Of a DNA stretch of 64,000 bases, positions 9,679 through 20,283 are shown piece after piece. Where the stretch lies: NCBI GenBank assembly GCA_041690135.1, contig JAWLHY010000011.1:128001-192000 (forward strand), read 5' to 3'. Each line of letters starts with the position of its first letter. The stretch's first letter is position 1. Source of the DNA: Armatimonadota bacterium (GTDB lineage Bacteria; Armatimonadota; SYMT01). The translations under genes were made by a program, and so were the position numbers. The notes under the pieces are model-generated. The model was not told where the DNA came from, did not search any database, and saw only the letters and a list, made by a program, of their open reading frames with translations.

Positions 9679-11118
9679 ATGGGACATCCCCCGTTGAAGA
9701 TCGAAGACCTGCCGCTGAGCCGCCGCGAGTTGCTGACCCGCTCCGGGATGGGGTTCGGCGCCCTGGCCCTGGCGGGGATGCTGGGCGAGGAGGCCGCCGC
9801 GGCCGGGCCGGCCGGCCCGCTGGCGCCGCGTCAGCCCCACTTTCCCGCGAAGGCCAAGCGGGTGATCCACCTGTTCATGAACGGGGGGCCGTCCCACGTC
9901 GACACCTTCGACCCCAAGCCGATGCTGGACCGGTATCACGGTCAGCCGCTGCCCTCGGAGAAGTTCCTCCGCACGGAGCGGAAGACGGGGGCGGCCTTCC
10001 GGTCGCCGTTTGCGTTCCGGAAGTACGGGAAGAGCGGCATCGAGGTCAGCGAGCTGTTCGCGAAGACCGCCGCGTGCATCGACGACATCTGCCTCATCCG
10101 GTCGATGCACGCGGACGTGCCGAACCACGAGCCGTCGCTCCTGCTGATGAACTGCGGCGACTCCCGGCAGACCCGGCCCAGCATGGGGTCGTGGATCACC
10201 TACGGGCTGGGCAGCGAGAACCAGAACCTGCCCGGCTTCATCGCCACCTGCCCCGGCGGCCTGCCGGTGTCAGAGTCGCAGAACTGGACCGCCGGGTTCC
10301 TGCCGGGCGCCTACCAGGGGACCTACATCGATACCGAGAACACCGATATCGAGAAGCTGATCGAGCACGTCCGCAACAACGCCTTCTCCCAGAAAACGCA
10401 GCGCCGGCAGCTCGACCTGCTCCGCCGGATCAACGAGCGGCACCAGGCCGAGCGCCGGGGCGACGGGCAGTTGGACGCGCGGATCCAGTCGTTCGAGCTG
10501 GCCTACCGGATGCAGATGGAGGCGAGCGACGCGTTCGACGTGAGTCGGGAGCCCGAGTACATCCGCGAGATGTACGGCCCCGGCACGCAGGCCCGCCAGA
10601 TCCTGATCGCGCGGCGCCTGCTGGAACGGGGCGTGCGGTACGTCCAGCTCTGGCACGGCAAGGGGCAACCGTGGGACAACCACGACGACCTGGAAGTGCG
10701 GCACCGCAAGCTGGCCGGCGAATGCGACCAGGCGATCGCGGCGCTCCTGAAGGACCTGAAACAGCGCGGCATGCTCGAAGACACGCTGGTCATCTGGGGC
10801 GGCGAGTTCGGGCGCACCCCCGTCGTGGAGCTGCCGACCGCGGGCGCCAACCGGGGCAAGATCAACGGGCGCGACCACAACCACTGGGGCTTCAGCATGT
10901 GGCTGGCCGGCGGCGGTGTGAAGGGCGGATACGTCCACGGCGCCACGGATGAATTCGGGTTCGCGGCGGTCGAGAAGAAGGTCCACGTCCACGACCTGCA
11001 CGCCACGCTGCTCCACCTGCTCGGCTTCGATCACGAAAAGCTCACCTACCGCTATGCCGGACGCGACTTCCGCCTCACCGACGTCCACGGGCACGTGGTG
11101 AAGGAGCTGATCGCCTGA
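9679..11118 (+). CDS. DUF1501 domain protein (sulfatase-like fold, Tat leader)
   Basis: SRRELL twin-arginine leader, FMNGGPSHVDTFDPKP, WGGEFGRTP, GRDHN, HVHDLHAT. Start at ATG 9679. Confidence 0.92.
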   Translation: MGHPPLKIEDLPLSRRELLTRSGMGFGALALAGMLGEEAAAAGPAGPLAPRQPHFPAKAKRVIHLFMNGGPSHVDTFDPKPMLDRYHGQPLPSEKFLRTERKTGAAFRSPFAFRKYGKSGIEVSELFAKTAACIDDICLIRSMHADVPNHEPSLLLMNCGDSRQTRPSMGSWITYGLGSENQNLPGFIATCPGGLPVSESQNWTAGFLPGAYQGTYIDTENTDIEKLIEHVRNNAFSQKTQRRQLDLLRRINERHQAERRGDGQLDARIQSFELAYRMQMEASDAFDVSREPEYIREMYGPGTQARQILIARRLLERGVRYVQLWHGKGQPWDNHDDLEVRHRKLAGECDQAIAALLKDLKQRGMLEDTLVIWGGEFGRTPVVELPTAGANRGKINGRDHNHWGFSMWLAGGGVKGGYVHGATDEFGFAAVEKKVHVHDLHATLLHLLGFDHEKLTYRYAGRDFRLTDVHGHVVKELIA

Positions 11119-11714
11119 TCCGGTGGGGTGTGAGGCGTGAAGCTCGCATGCGGGAGTTTCGTTGCTCGTGCGCTACCGCAGGTAGTCGGCTTGAAGCAGC
11201 GCTCGCGCGGGGACGTGAAACGTAAAACGTAAAGGTTCGTGGCAAAAGCTGCGTTCGTGGAAACAGCCGGTTGATTCGAACCGGTGGTCTCGCTGCGCGA
11301 CGCCACCACCCAAAGGGTACCCGGGCACCCGGCGAAATCACAAGATGTCCCAGTAGCCGCTGTGCCTACCCGAAATGTAGGGGCGTGCCGCCGTGCCTGC
11401 CCTGTAATGGGACAGATAACCCTCCGCAAATGCGCAATGGCGCCAACGGCTGCAGGACCCGTAGCCCGGGCGCTGCGCGGGCTAACGCGAAATCGCGAAA
11501 AAACGAAAGACGCGAAATCTCGGAAGATGCTTTTCAGTCGAATGGATTAGACATTCCCAAGCGGGATGCCTCCGCAAGCTAGTGCGGACCATTGCGCGAA
11601 TGTCGTATTCCTTTAGTTTTCGGTTTCGCGAGCATCGTGGCTGCGCACTGCGATTCGCAGAGGCGCGTGTCTGTGGGACCGTGCTCCGTACACGTTGGGC
11701 CGTGGAGAAGAGCG

Positions 11715-14700
11715 ATGAGGCATTGGGATTTGCCAACCAGGAGACCTTCAACGCGCGCGGTGCTGGGCGCGGCGGTCGGCCTGGGGCTGGCGCTCCCGGC
11801 GCTGGCATTGGCGCAGGGGAAGCCCGCGGCCTCGTCGTTGGAAGCGGAGCGTCTCTTCGCCTCTCGCATCTGGCCGCTGATCTCGGAGAAGTGCCTTGCC
11901 TGCCACGGCGCGCCCGGCAAGAAGGTTTTGGGCGGCCTCGACCTGGGCACTCAAGCCGGAGCGCTGAAGGGCGGCGCGCGGGGGAAACCGTCGCTGGTGG
12001 CGGGTAAGCCGGAGGCCAGCCCCTTTTACCTGGCGGTGACCCGGAAGCACGAGCGTTGGCCGGCGATGCCTCCCAAGGAGAACGATCGTCTCACGCCCCA
12101 GCAGTTGGAGGAGGTCCGCCGGTGGATCGCCGCCGGGGCGCCCTGGCCGGATGCTGCTCGGCGGGTGGAGTTGCTGAAGGACGGGAAGTGGGACGCGGCG
12201 GATGGGGTGCCGGTCCGCACGAGCGGCGGGCTCTCTCCGGAGTGGACCGGCCGGCGGTACAAGCCCGAGGACCTCTGGGCCTATCGCCCCTTAAGGTTGC
12301 CGAAGGTGCCTTCGGGTGCCCGTGCGGGCCTCAACCCCGTCGATGCGTTCCTCGAGGACAAGCTCGCGCTGACCGGACTGCGCCCGGCGCCGCGGGCCGA
12401 CCGCCGCACCCTGATCCGGAGGGTGACCTTCGACCTCACCGGTCTGCCCCCCACTCCCGCCGAAGTGGAAGCGTTCGTGCGCGATCCGGCCCCGGAGGAC
12501 CAGGCCTGGGCGAAGGTCGTGGACCGGCTGCTGGCCTCCCCCCACTATGGAGAACGGTGGGCACGGCACTGGCTGGATGTGGTCCGCTACGCCGACTCCT
12601 CGGGCTTCGCGAACGACTACGAACGCGGCAATGCCTGGCGGTACCGCGACTATGTGGTCCGCAGCTTCAACCAGGATAAGCCCTACGACCGGTTCATCCG
12701 GGAGCAGATCGCCGGAGACGAGATCGACCCGCAGAACCCGGAACTGCTGGTGGCGACCGGCTTCCTACGCATGGGGCCGTGGGAGCTCACCGGGATGGAA
12801 GTGGCGAAGGTCGCGCGCCAGCGGTTCCTGGACGACGTCACGGACAGCGTCGGCCAGGTCTTCCTCGGCCACGCGCTCCAGTGCGCCCGCTGCCACGACC
12901 ATAAGTTCGACCCGGTGCCCACCCGCGACTACTACGGGATTCAAGCCGCCTTCGCCACGACCCAGCTCGCCGAACGGGAAGCGCCGTTCCTCGAGACCGA
13001 GAACACCACCGGGTTCGAAGAGCGGAAGTACCTGGAGCAGCGCCGCCAGGAGCACCTCGCGGCGCTGCGGCAACTGGACGAGCAATCGCTGGCGGCCGCG
13101 CCCGCCTGGTACCGCGAGCGGAAGCTGGATCCCGTTCTGTGGGAAAAGACGGTAGCCGAGCTGCGGGTCCGGGCCGGTGGCGCCGGCAATCGCACGCTGT
13201 TCGCGGAAGCCCGCTCCACACTGCAGCGCCAAAAGGTCCCCGAAGGCCAGATCCCGCCGCGCCACCTCGGCTTCGAGCCGCGCGACTTCGGCCTGGAGCG
13301 GATCGCCCGTAAGTGCCTGGAGCGCCTCCGCTGGGAGATGGAGCGGTACGAACCCTTTGCCCTCTCCGTTTACAGTGGGCACACACCGGATCTCCGCTCC
13401 GTCAACGCTCCCCTGCGCGTACCCCATGACCGGACGACCCGCGGAGAGTTGGAACAGGTCGCCATTCTGGCGGGTGGAGATCCCTTCTCCCCGACCGTCA
13501 AGGTCGTGCCGGGCGTCCTGAGCGCGCTGGCGTCGATGGCCGGCCACCCCGGCCAGCTCCCCACCGGAGTGGAAGGCCGCCGCCGCGCCCTCGCCGACTG
13601 GATCGCGAGCCCCCGCAACCCGCTCACCGCCCGCGTCATCGTCAACCGCGTCTGGTCCTGGCACTTCGGCCAGGCGATCGCCGGCAACCCCAACAACTTC
13701 GGCGCCACCGGCAAGAAACCGACCCACCCGGAGCTGCTGGATTACCTGGCCTTCCTGTTCACCAGTAAGGGTACGGTTCCCGAAATGCAAGGGAGCAGGG
13801 GGCAGGGAGCTGGGGAGATTGCTGACCAAGGTGGATACGGTTTGGCAGAGCGCCAGGGGGAGAGAGGGCCAGGCGTGGGGGAGAAGAGAGCCCTGGTAAC
13901 CGCAGGTACTTCTGATCCCCGGAGGTTCGGTTACGCAATACGCAATACGCAATACGCATCAGCCCCCAGTCCCCCGCCCCCGACCCCTGGCCCCGCCGAA
14001 GGCCTGGGTTGGTCGATCAAAGCGCTCCACCGCCTCATCCTCACCTCGGAGGCTTACCGGCGCTCGGCAGTCCATCCGGACCGGAAGGCGCTGGCTGCGA
14101 AGGACCCGCACGGGACGAGCTATGCCGTGTTCAAGACGCGGCGGCTGACGGCGGAAGAACTGCGGGACAGCATGCTGGCGGTCTCCGGCGAGTTGAACCG
14201 GCAATTGGGCGGAATTCCCGCGCGACCGGAGATCAACCTGGAGGCGGCGCTCCAGCCCCGGCAGGTGATGGGGACCTTTGCCGCCGCCTGGCAGCCTTCG
14301 CCCCGGCCGGAGCAGCGGCACCGGCGCTCCCTCTACGTCTTGAAGATCCGGGGGCTGCGCGACCCCTTCATGGAGGTCTTCAACGAGCCGAGTCCGGACC
14401 TCTCCTGCGAAGCGCGGGAGGCCTCCACGGTTACGCCGCAGGTTTTCAGTCTCTTCAACAGCCAGAGCACTTACGACCGCGCGCTGGCGTTCGCCGCCCG
14501 CCTGCGGAAAGAAGCGGCTTCCCCGGACGAGGTAGTCCGGAAGGCCTTCCTGCTTGCCTACGGCCGGGCGCCGAAGCCGGCGGAAGCAGCGGCGACCCGC
14601 GCCCATTGGCAGGCGATGACGGCGGGCCACCAGAACCTGAAGCTGGAGCCCGCGGTCTACCCGCGCGAGATCGAGCGGGAAGCCGTGGAAGAGAACACCG

Positions 14701-14849
14701 GGGAGAAGTTCCGCTTCACGGAGAAACTGCACGCCTACGCCGACTTCGTTCCCGACCTCCAGCCGCACCAGGTCGATGCCGAAATCCGCGGCCTGGCGGA
14801 AGTCTGCCTCGTGCTCTTCAATGCTAATGAATTCTCTTATGTGTACTGA
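11715..14849 (+). CDS. PSD1 / planctomycete cytochrome C protein (DUF1549 + DUF1553), paralogue 2
   Basis: Signal peptide after ATG 11715 (RBS GGAGAAG), [39 protein letters not shown]. Confidence 0.92.
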   Translation: MRHWDLPTRRPSTRAVLGAAVGLGLALPALALAQGKPAASSLEAERLFASRIWPLISEKCLACHGAPGKKVLGGLDLGTQAGALKGGARGKPSLVAGKPEASPFYLAVTRKHERWPAMPPKENDRLTPQQLEEVRRWIAAGAPWPDAARRVELLKDGKWDAADGVPVRTSGGLSPEWTGRRYKPEDLWAYRPLRLPKVPSGARAGLNPVDAFLEDKLALTGLRPAPRADRRTLIRRVTFDLTGLPPTPAEVEAFVRDPAPEDQAWAKVVDRLLASPHYGERWARHWLDVVRYADSSGFANDYERGNAWRYRDYVVRSFNQDKPYDRFIREQIAGDEIDPQNPELLVATGFLRMGPWELTGMEVAKVARQRFLDDVTDSVGQVFLGHALQCARCHDHKFDPVPTRDYYGIQAAFATTQLAEREAPFLETENTTGFEERKYLEQRRQEHLAALRQLDEQSLAAAPAWYRERKLDPVLWEKTVAELRVRAGGAGNRTLFAEARSTLQRQKVPEGQIPPRHLGFEPRDFGLERIARKCLERLRWEMERYEPFALSVYSGHTPDLRSVNAPLRVPHDRTTRGELEQVAILAGGDPFSPTVKVVPGVLSALASMAGHPGQLPTGVEGRRRALADWIASPRNPLTARVIVNRVWSWHFGQAIAGNPNNFGATGKKPTHPELLDYLAFLFTSKGTVPEMQGSRGQGAGEIADQGGYGLAERQGERGPGVGEKRALVTAGTSDPRRFGYAIRNTQYASAPSPPPPTPGPAEGLGWSIKALHRLILTSEAYRRSAVHPDRKALAAKDPHGTSYAVFKTRRLTAEELRDSMLAVSGELNRQLGGIPARPEINLEAALQPRQVMGTFAAAWQPSPRPEQRHRRSLYVLKIRGLRDPFMEVFNEPSPDLSCEAREASTVTPQVFSLFNSQSTYDRALAFAARLRKEAASPDEVVRKAFLLAYGRAPKPAEAAATRAHWQAMTAGHQNLKLEPAVYPREIEREAVEENTGEKFRFTEKLHAYADFVPDLQPHQVDAEIRGLAEVCLVLFNANEFSYVY
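13761..14006 (+). repeat. In-frame composite repeat insert, copy 2 (246 nt, 82 aa)
   Basis: Lies between LDYLAFLF and GWSIK; ends [25 protein letters not shown]. Confidence 0.9.
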
Positions 14850-14877
14850 TGGTGGGTGCGGTATGGCGGGAGTGGAT

Positions 14878-14982
14878 CAGGGTTGGAAAGTTGAAGGTTG
14901 GAAGGTTGAAGGTTTCGAACCCCTGTTGACCGTGAGCGGTACCGTTTGACGCGAGCGGGATCTGAGTTGGAAAGTTGAAGGT
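14878..14982. repeat. GTTGAAG-type heptamer/octamer tandem repeats
   Basis: ggttggaaagttgaaggttggaaggttgaagg and cgggatctgagttggaaagttgaagg; the CGGGATCTGAGTTGGAA lead-in recurs at 62514. Confidence 0.75.
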
Positions 14983-15004
14983 CAGTGGTCCGTAGGGAGT
15001 CAGG

Positions 15005-15141
15005 GCGGTCCATTTTTCGAAGGGAGCCGGTCCGTAGCCCCGGAGGGGCGGAAAGATAATAGCCGGGGGTGCGAGCCCCCGGTTCTGCCGCCGGTGCGCA
15101 AGAGCCCCGGCGCATGCGTCCGTAGGGAAGGGGCGGCAGAG
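15005..15141 (+). repeat. Dispersed ~135-bp intergenic palindromic repeat, copy 2
   Basis: Near-identical to 530-667. Confidence 0.85.
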
Positions 15142-15441
15142 TACCGCGCTGTGAGGAAAACTGAACCGCCCAGCGTAGGGAGCGGCTCCTGTTAAGCAGT
15201 ACCGGCTCTGTTCCCGCACCAGTAGATGTAGGTTTACGCCCCGCGGGGGTGGCAGGCTCTCCGATGCCTTCCTCGTTTTGGGCTCGCATTTATCGTGCCT
15301 TGTGGGACCCGGCTAGCCCTGGCGTATGTGAACCCACGGAGCAAATCACCCTCTTTTGATCGGTATGTCGGAGATTTGATCCCTTCTTCGGACGGCGGCA
15401 TTCGGGCGGCTGTGTAGCCGAGAGAAGGACGGGGCGAGAAG

Positions 15442-16887
15442 ATGAGCGATAGGAAACGGCGTTTCCCCTGTGTAGGCCGATGCGCAGGCCATGCACCGAC
15501 CCGCCGGGAGGTGCTCTTCTCCCTCGGAGCGGGGCTGGGCAGCGTGGCCCTGACCTCGCTGCTGGCGGAAGAGGCTCCGGCGGCGATACCGCAGGGGCCG
15601 CTGGCATCAAAGCCCGGACACCTGCCGTCGCGCGCGAAGCGGTGCATCTTCCTGATGATGGAGGGCGGTCCGTCCCACGTCGATACCTTCGACCCCAAGC
15701 CAGCCCTGGAGAAGCTCCACCTGCAGGAGTTCGTGCGGGGCGGCGAGGAAAAGTCGGCGATGGAGAGCGGGAAGCGCTACTACGTGCGGAGCCCCTTCGC
15801 CTTCCGGCAGGTAGGGCGGAGCGGCGCCTGGATGAGCGAGCCGTGGCGGCACCTGGCGCGCGTGGCGGACGAGCTCTGCTTCTATCGGGGCTGCCAGGTG
15901 GACTCCGTGAACCACCCAACCGCAATGTACCAGATGAACACCGGCAACCGCTTCGGCGGGGATCCGGCCCTCGGCTCGTGGGTCACTTACGGCCTGGGAA
16001 CGCTTAACCGGGACCTGCCCGGCTTTATCGTCCTGCCGGAGGTCTCCTATCCGCAGGGCGGGCCCGCCAACTGGGGCAATGGGTTCCTGCCCGCCCACTT
16101 CCAGGGAACGCCGCTCCGGCCGAAGGGCTCGCCCATTCTCGACCTCGCCCCACCCAAGGGCGTGACTCCCGAGCACCAGCGGGCCAACCTCGATTTCCTT
16201 CGCACCCTGAACCGCGAGCACATGGCCGCGCATCCGGACCACGACGAGCTGGCGGCGCGGATGGATAACTACGAGTTGGCGTTCCGGATGCAGGCCCAGG
16301 TCCCCGGCCTCCTCGACCTGGAACAGGAGACCGTCCGCACGCAGGAAATGTACGGCATCGGCAGCGAACCGACCGATGCGTTCGGTCGCAAGTGCCTGCT
16401 GGCGCGGCGGCTGGTGGAGCGCGGCGTGCGGTTCGTGCAGCTTTACGCCGGCACCTGGGACAGTCATGACTACATCGAACGTGCGCACGGCAACCTGATC
16501 CGCACGGTTGACCGGCCCATTGCGGCGCTGATCGCCGACCTGAAACAGCGCGGCATGCTGGAGGATACTCTGGTAGTGTGGGGCGGTGAGTTCGGCCGGT
16601 CGCCGGACAACGGCGTGCGCGGCGGCACCGCCTACGGCCGCGACCACAACCCCCGGGCCATGACGCTCTGGTTCGCGGGCGGCGGAGTGAAGGCGGGCCA
16701 CACGGTCGGCGCCACGGACGAAACCGGAGATAGCGCCGTGGAGTGCGTGCATCACGTCCGCGACCTCCACGTAACGCTCCTGCGGCTGCTGGGGCTGGAC
16801 GACAATAAGCTTACCTATTACCACGGCGGGCGGTTCAAACAGCTCAGCCAGTTCGGAGGCGAGGTGATCCAGGAGTTGCTGGCATGA
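15442..16887 (+). CDS. DUF1501 domain protein
   Basis: TRREVL Tat leader, MEGGPSHVDTFDPKP, WGGEFGRSP, GRDHNP. The stop overlaps the next start (ATGA). Confidence 0.92.
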   Translation: MSDRKRRFPCVGRCAGHAPTRREVLFSLGAGLGSVALTSLLAEEAPAAIPQGPLASKPGHLPSRAKRCIFLMMEGGPSHVDTFDPKPALEKLHLQEFVRGGEEKSAMESGKRYYVRSPFAFRQVGRSGAWMSEPWRHLARVADELCFYRGCQVDSVNHPTAMYQMNTGNRFGGDPALGSWVTYGLGTLNRDLPGFIVLPEVSYPQGGPANWGNGFLPAHFQGTPLRPKGSPILDLAPPKGVTPEHQRANLDFLRTLNREHMAAHPDHDELAARMDNYELAFRMQAQVPGLLDLEQETVRTQEMYGIGSEPTDAFGRKCLLARRLVERGVRFVQLYAGTWDSHDYIERAHGNLIRTVDRPIAALIADLKQRGMLEDTLVVWGGEFGRSPDNGVRGGTAYGRDHNPRAMTLWFAGGGVKAGHTVGATDETGDSAVECVHHVRDLHVTLLRLLGLDDNKLTYYHGGRFKQLSQFGGEVIQELLA

Positions 16888-19808
16888 GGCTCCAGGCACG
16901 AAGCGGGACCTGGATCGCGGTTTCGGCCCTCTCCACGGCGGTGATCGTCTCCACCGCGCTGGCCGATCGGCCAATGCGCGACAAGCGGACGCCCGCGGCC
17001 CCCAGGGTGGACTTCACCCGGCAGGTGCAGCCGCTCCTCGCGAAGCACTGCCTTGGCTGCCACGGCCCGCAGCGGCAAATGGGAGGCCTGCGCTTCGACA
17101 GCCGGGCCGGCGCCGTCCGCAGCGGCGATTCGGGCCAGCCGGCCATCGTGCCGGGCCACAGCGAGAAAAGCCGCCTGATCCGGCTGGTTACTTCCCGCAC
17201 ACCTGGCGAACGGATGCCTCCGCAGGGCAATCCGCTGACCGAGGGGGAAGTCGCCCTCCTCCGCGCCTGGATCGACCAGGGCGCTCCCTTTGCGGTAACG
17301 GACGGGCAGGCGCCCCCCATGCCCAACGCCCAACGCCCAACGCCCAACGCGGCCTGGTGGTCCTTCCAGTCCCTTGCGCGCGTGCAGCCGCCGCCGGTGC
17401 GCAACAGTGCATGGGTGAAGACGCCCGTGGACCGCTTCATCCTCGCCGCGTTGGAGGAGCAGGGCCTGACGCCGGCGGCTCCCGTGGACCGGCGGAAGCT
17501 GATCCGGCGGGCGTACTTCGACCTGATCGGCCTGCCGCCGAAGCCGGAGGAAATCGAAGCTTTCGTCCGGGATCCCGACCCGAAGGCCTACGAGAAGCTG
17601 GTGGACCGCCTCCTGGACAGCCCGCACTACGGAGAGCGCTGGGGCCGCCACTGGCTGGACGTCGCCCGGTACGCGGACTCCAACGGTCAGGAGGGAGACC
17701 AGGACCGTCCCACCGCCTACCACTACCGCGATTTCGTGATCCGCGCGTTCAACCAGGATCTCCCCTACGACACGTTCGTGCGGTGGCAACTGGCCGGTGA
17801 CGAATACGCCCAGCAGGACTCGGACGCCTACCGCATGGCGATCACCGCGACCGGCTTCATCACTGCCGGGCCCCACACGGTGCTCAACGTGCCGATGGAA
17901 GAGGAGAAGATCCGGAACCGCTTCAACGAGCTGGACGATATGATCTCCACCACCGGCTCCGCGTTCCTGGGCCTCACGGTGGGATGCGCTCGCTGCCACG
18001 ACCACAAGTACGACCCGATTCCGACCCGCGACTACTACCGGATGCTATCCGCGTTCAACGGCGGCGACCGGGCCGAAGTCCCGCTGGTCTCCCCGTCGGA
18101 AGCTGCCAAGTGGCGCCAGGCAGAGCAGGCGTGGAAGACGGAGCTGGAGGCGGCGCAAAAGGAACTAAGCGGTTGGCTGAGCGAGCAAACGAAACCGCTC
18201 GTCCAGCGGGTCCGCGAGGCGAAGATCGATGCCCTGCCGGTGACGCCCGAACAGAAGGCGCTGCTGAAAAGCTCTCCCGAGGACGCCCGCGCCCGAGAGC
18301 TGGCGCGCAAGCACGGCAAGGCGCTCAAGATCGAGGACGCCGACTACCGCCCCTTCCTCACAGATGCCCAGCGTGCCCGGTGGGACACCCTCGCGGCCCG
18401 GGTGAAAGCGGTGGAGTCCCGTCGACCGGCCGCACCCCCGACGGCGCTCGCCATGGCCGACTTCGGCCCCCAGCCCCGCCCGACGCACCTCCTGGACCGC
18501 GGCGACTTCCACCTCAAGAAGGAGCCGGTGGAGCTGGGCTTCCTCTCCGCGCTCACCCGCGGAAAGCCCGCCTCCGCCTATTGGAGCGAAGCCCGCGGCC
18601 AGGGCATCCGGAAGGACACCACCTACCAGCGCCGCGCCCTGGCCGAGTGGATGACGGACATGCAGCACGGAGCCGGCGCTCTGGTCGCGCGGGTGATGGT
18701 CAACCGGGTGTGGCAGCACCACTTCGGCGAAGGCCTGGTCCGCACCATCAACGACTTCGGCCTCCAGGGGGAAGCACCCAGCCATCCGGAGTTGCTGGAA
18801 TACCTGGCCTCGGTGTTTACCGGCACGGGTACGGTTCCCGAAACGCAAGGGAGCAAGAGTCCTGCTGAACCGAGCAGGTACGGTTTTGCGCAACGCAGAG
18901 GGGCCGGGGCGCTTGTTAACCAGAACGGGTACGGTTTGGCGGAACGCAGAGGGGCAAGGGTGAAGGGAGCAGGGGAGTCCCAAACCTCGCGGACCGCAGC
19001 AGGTGCAGGCTCCCGGGGTTCGGATTACGCATTACGCAATACGCAGTACGCATTCGTCCCCAGTCCCCAGCCCCCGACCCCTGGCCCCGCCGAAGGCCTG
19101 GGTTGGTCGATAAAGCGGCTTCACCGCCTCCTCATGACTAGCGCGGTCTACCAGCAGGGGACGGCGTTCGACGCGCGGAAGGCAAAGGTCGACCCGGATA
19201 ACCGGCTGCTTTGGCGGCGGCGCCCGCGGCGGATCGAGGGGGAGATCCTGCGGGACGCGATGCTGGCGGTGAGCGGAAGCCTGGACCCGAAGCTGTACGG
19301 CCCGGCGTTCAAGACGCCGATCCCCCCGGAGGCGATCCAGGCCCGCAACCTGAAAGACCCCTATCCGAAGAACCTCCAGGATGGCCCGGAAAACCACCGG
19401 CGCACGGTCTACATGTTCCACAAGCGCGTTGTCCAGGCGCCCCTGATGCAGGCGTTCGATGGTCCCGACGCCGCCGCGAGCTGCGGTCGGCGCAGCATCA
19501 CCACCGTGGCGCCGCAGGCCCTGGCCCTGCTGAACGAGCCGTTCGTCCGTCTCCGCGCGACCGACTTCGCACGGCGGCTCCGGAAGGAAGCAGGAGCGGA
19601 CCCCGCCATGCAGGTGCGGCTGGCATTCCGCCTGGCACTGGGGCGGGAACCCTCCGAAACGGAGCGGGAGAACTCCCTCCGCTTCCTGGAGCAGCAGACC
19701 CAGCAACGCGCGTCCCGGGAAAAGAATGCGGCCGACGCACCGGAACTGGCCCTGACCGATTTCGCCCAGGTCATTTTCGGCTTGAACGAGTTTATGTACG
19801 TGGACTGA
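16884..19808 (+). CDS. PSD1 / planctomycete cytochrome C protein (DUF1549 + DUF1553), paralogue 3
   Basis: Signal peptide, [39 protein letters not shown]. Confidence 0.92.
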   Translation: MRLQARSGTWIAVSALSTAVIVSTALADRPMRDKRTPAAPRVDFTRQVQPLLAKHCLGCHGPQRQMGGLRFDSRAGAVRSGDSGQPAIVPGHSEKSRLIRLVTSRTPGERMPPQGNPLTEGEVALLRAWIDQGAPFAVTDGQAPPMPNAQRPTPNAAWWSFQSLARVQPPPVRNSAWVKTPVDRFILAALEEQGLTPAAPVDRRKLIRRAYFDLIGLPPKPEEIEAFVRDPDPKAYEKLVDRLLDSPHYGERWGRHWLDVARYADSNGQEGDQDRPTAYHYRDFVIRAFNQDLPYDTFVRWQLAGDEYAQQDSDAYRMAITATGFITAGPHTVLNVPMEEEKIRNRFNELDDMISTTGSAFLGLTVGCARCHDHKYDPIPTRDYYRMLSAFNGGDRAEVPLVSPSEAAKWRQAEQAWKTELEAAQKELSGWLSEQTKPLVQRVREAKIDALPVTPEQKALLKSSPEDARARELARKHGKALKIEDADYRPFLTDAQRARWDTLAARVKAVESRRPAAPPTALAMADFGPQPRPTHLLDRGDFHLKKEPVELGFLSALTRGKPASAYWSEARGQGIRKDTTYQRRALAEWMTDMQHGAGALVARVMVNRVWQHHFGEGLVRTINDFGLQGEAPSHPELLEYLASVFTGTGTVPETQGSKSPAEPSRYGFAQRRGAGALVNQNGYGLAERRGARVKGAGESQTSRTAAGAGSRGSDYALRNTQYAFVPSPQPPTPGPAEGLGWSIKRLHRLLMTSAVYQQGTAFDARKAKVDPDNRLLWRRRPRRIEGEILRDAMLAVSGSLDPKLYGPAFKTPIPPEAIQARNLKDPYPKNLQDGPENHRRTVYMFHKRVVQAPLMQAFDGPDAAASCGRRSITTVAPQALALLNEPFVRLRATDFARRLRKEAGADPAMQVRLAFRLALGREPSETERENSLRFLEQQTQQRASREKNAADAPELALTDFAQVIFGLNEFMYVD
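17320..17350. repeat. Heptamer repeat (GCCCAAC)4, in frame within the CDS
   Basis: tgcccaacgcccaacgcccaacgcccaacgc, translated as MPNAQRPTPNA, in the linker before DUF1549. Confidence 0.85.
18819..19100 (+). repeat. In-frame composite repeat insert, copy 3 (282 nt, 94 aa)
   Basis: Lies between LEYLASVF and GWSIK; shares a 47-nt identical block with copy 1. Confidence 0.9.
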
Positions 19809-19822
19809 GGCCGGAACCCGGT

Positions 19823-20222
19823 TGGGCGAGTGAACTCGCGGCTACAAACGGCGAAGCCCGTACGGGCTGGGAATACGTTGAGGCAAGAACTTCCTCGTTT
19901 GGCAGTCAATTTGATCGTGGCAGAAGCTCCTGCAACACGTGCGCGCAATGACCGGGGAGCCGACGCAGGTCGGCTTCGCGTCTTGTAGCCGCGGCTTGAG
20001 CCGCTTGGGTACCGGAGGCGCCTTCGGGGTTAAGGACCGCCGGGGCCGCCTGGGTACCGCAGGCGCCGTTGGGCCTGTGGACCCTACCGCCCGGGCACCG
20101 CACCGGCCTTTTGGGCCGATGGACCACGGATACCGCTTGGGTAACGCACACGACTAGCGGGCCAAGGACCGGCGGCGCCGTTTGGGCAACGCACCCGTAT
20201 CGATCTGTGGATTCCACACGGT
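19823..20222. repeat. Pair of GTAG REP-like hairpins followed by five degenerate ~45-bp tandem units
   Basis: REPs at 19823-19848 and ~19985-20005. Units start at 20001, 20046, 20087, 20133 and 20178 with CCG(C/T)YYGGGYAMCG. Confidence 0.7.
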
Positions 20223-20283
20223 GCGGAACGGATTAGGCATCACGCAATACGCCAATAAGAACGTCTCCGATAAGTAAACTTCC

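Noticed and set aside
11267-11290. GATTCGAACC motif suggesting a minus-strand tRNA
   Set aside because: The T-stem does not pair and no cloverleaf forms; it is a simple CCGGTT/AACCGG hairpin.
20001-20222. Possible CRISPR array
   Set aside because: The period is only 41-46 nt, the repeats are not identical and there is no repeat/spacer boundary.
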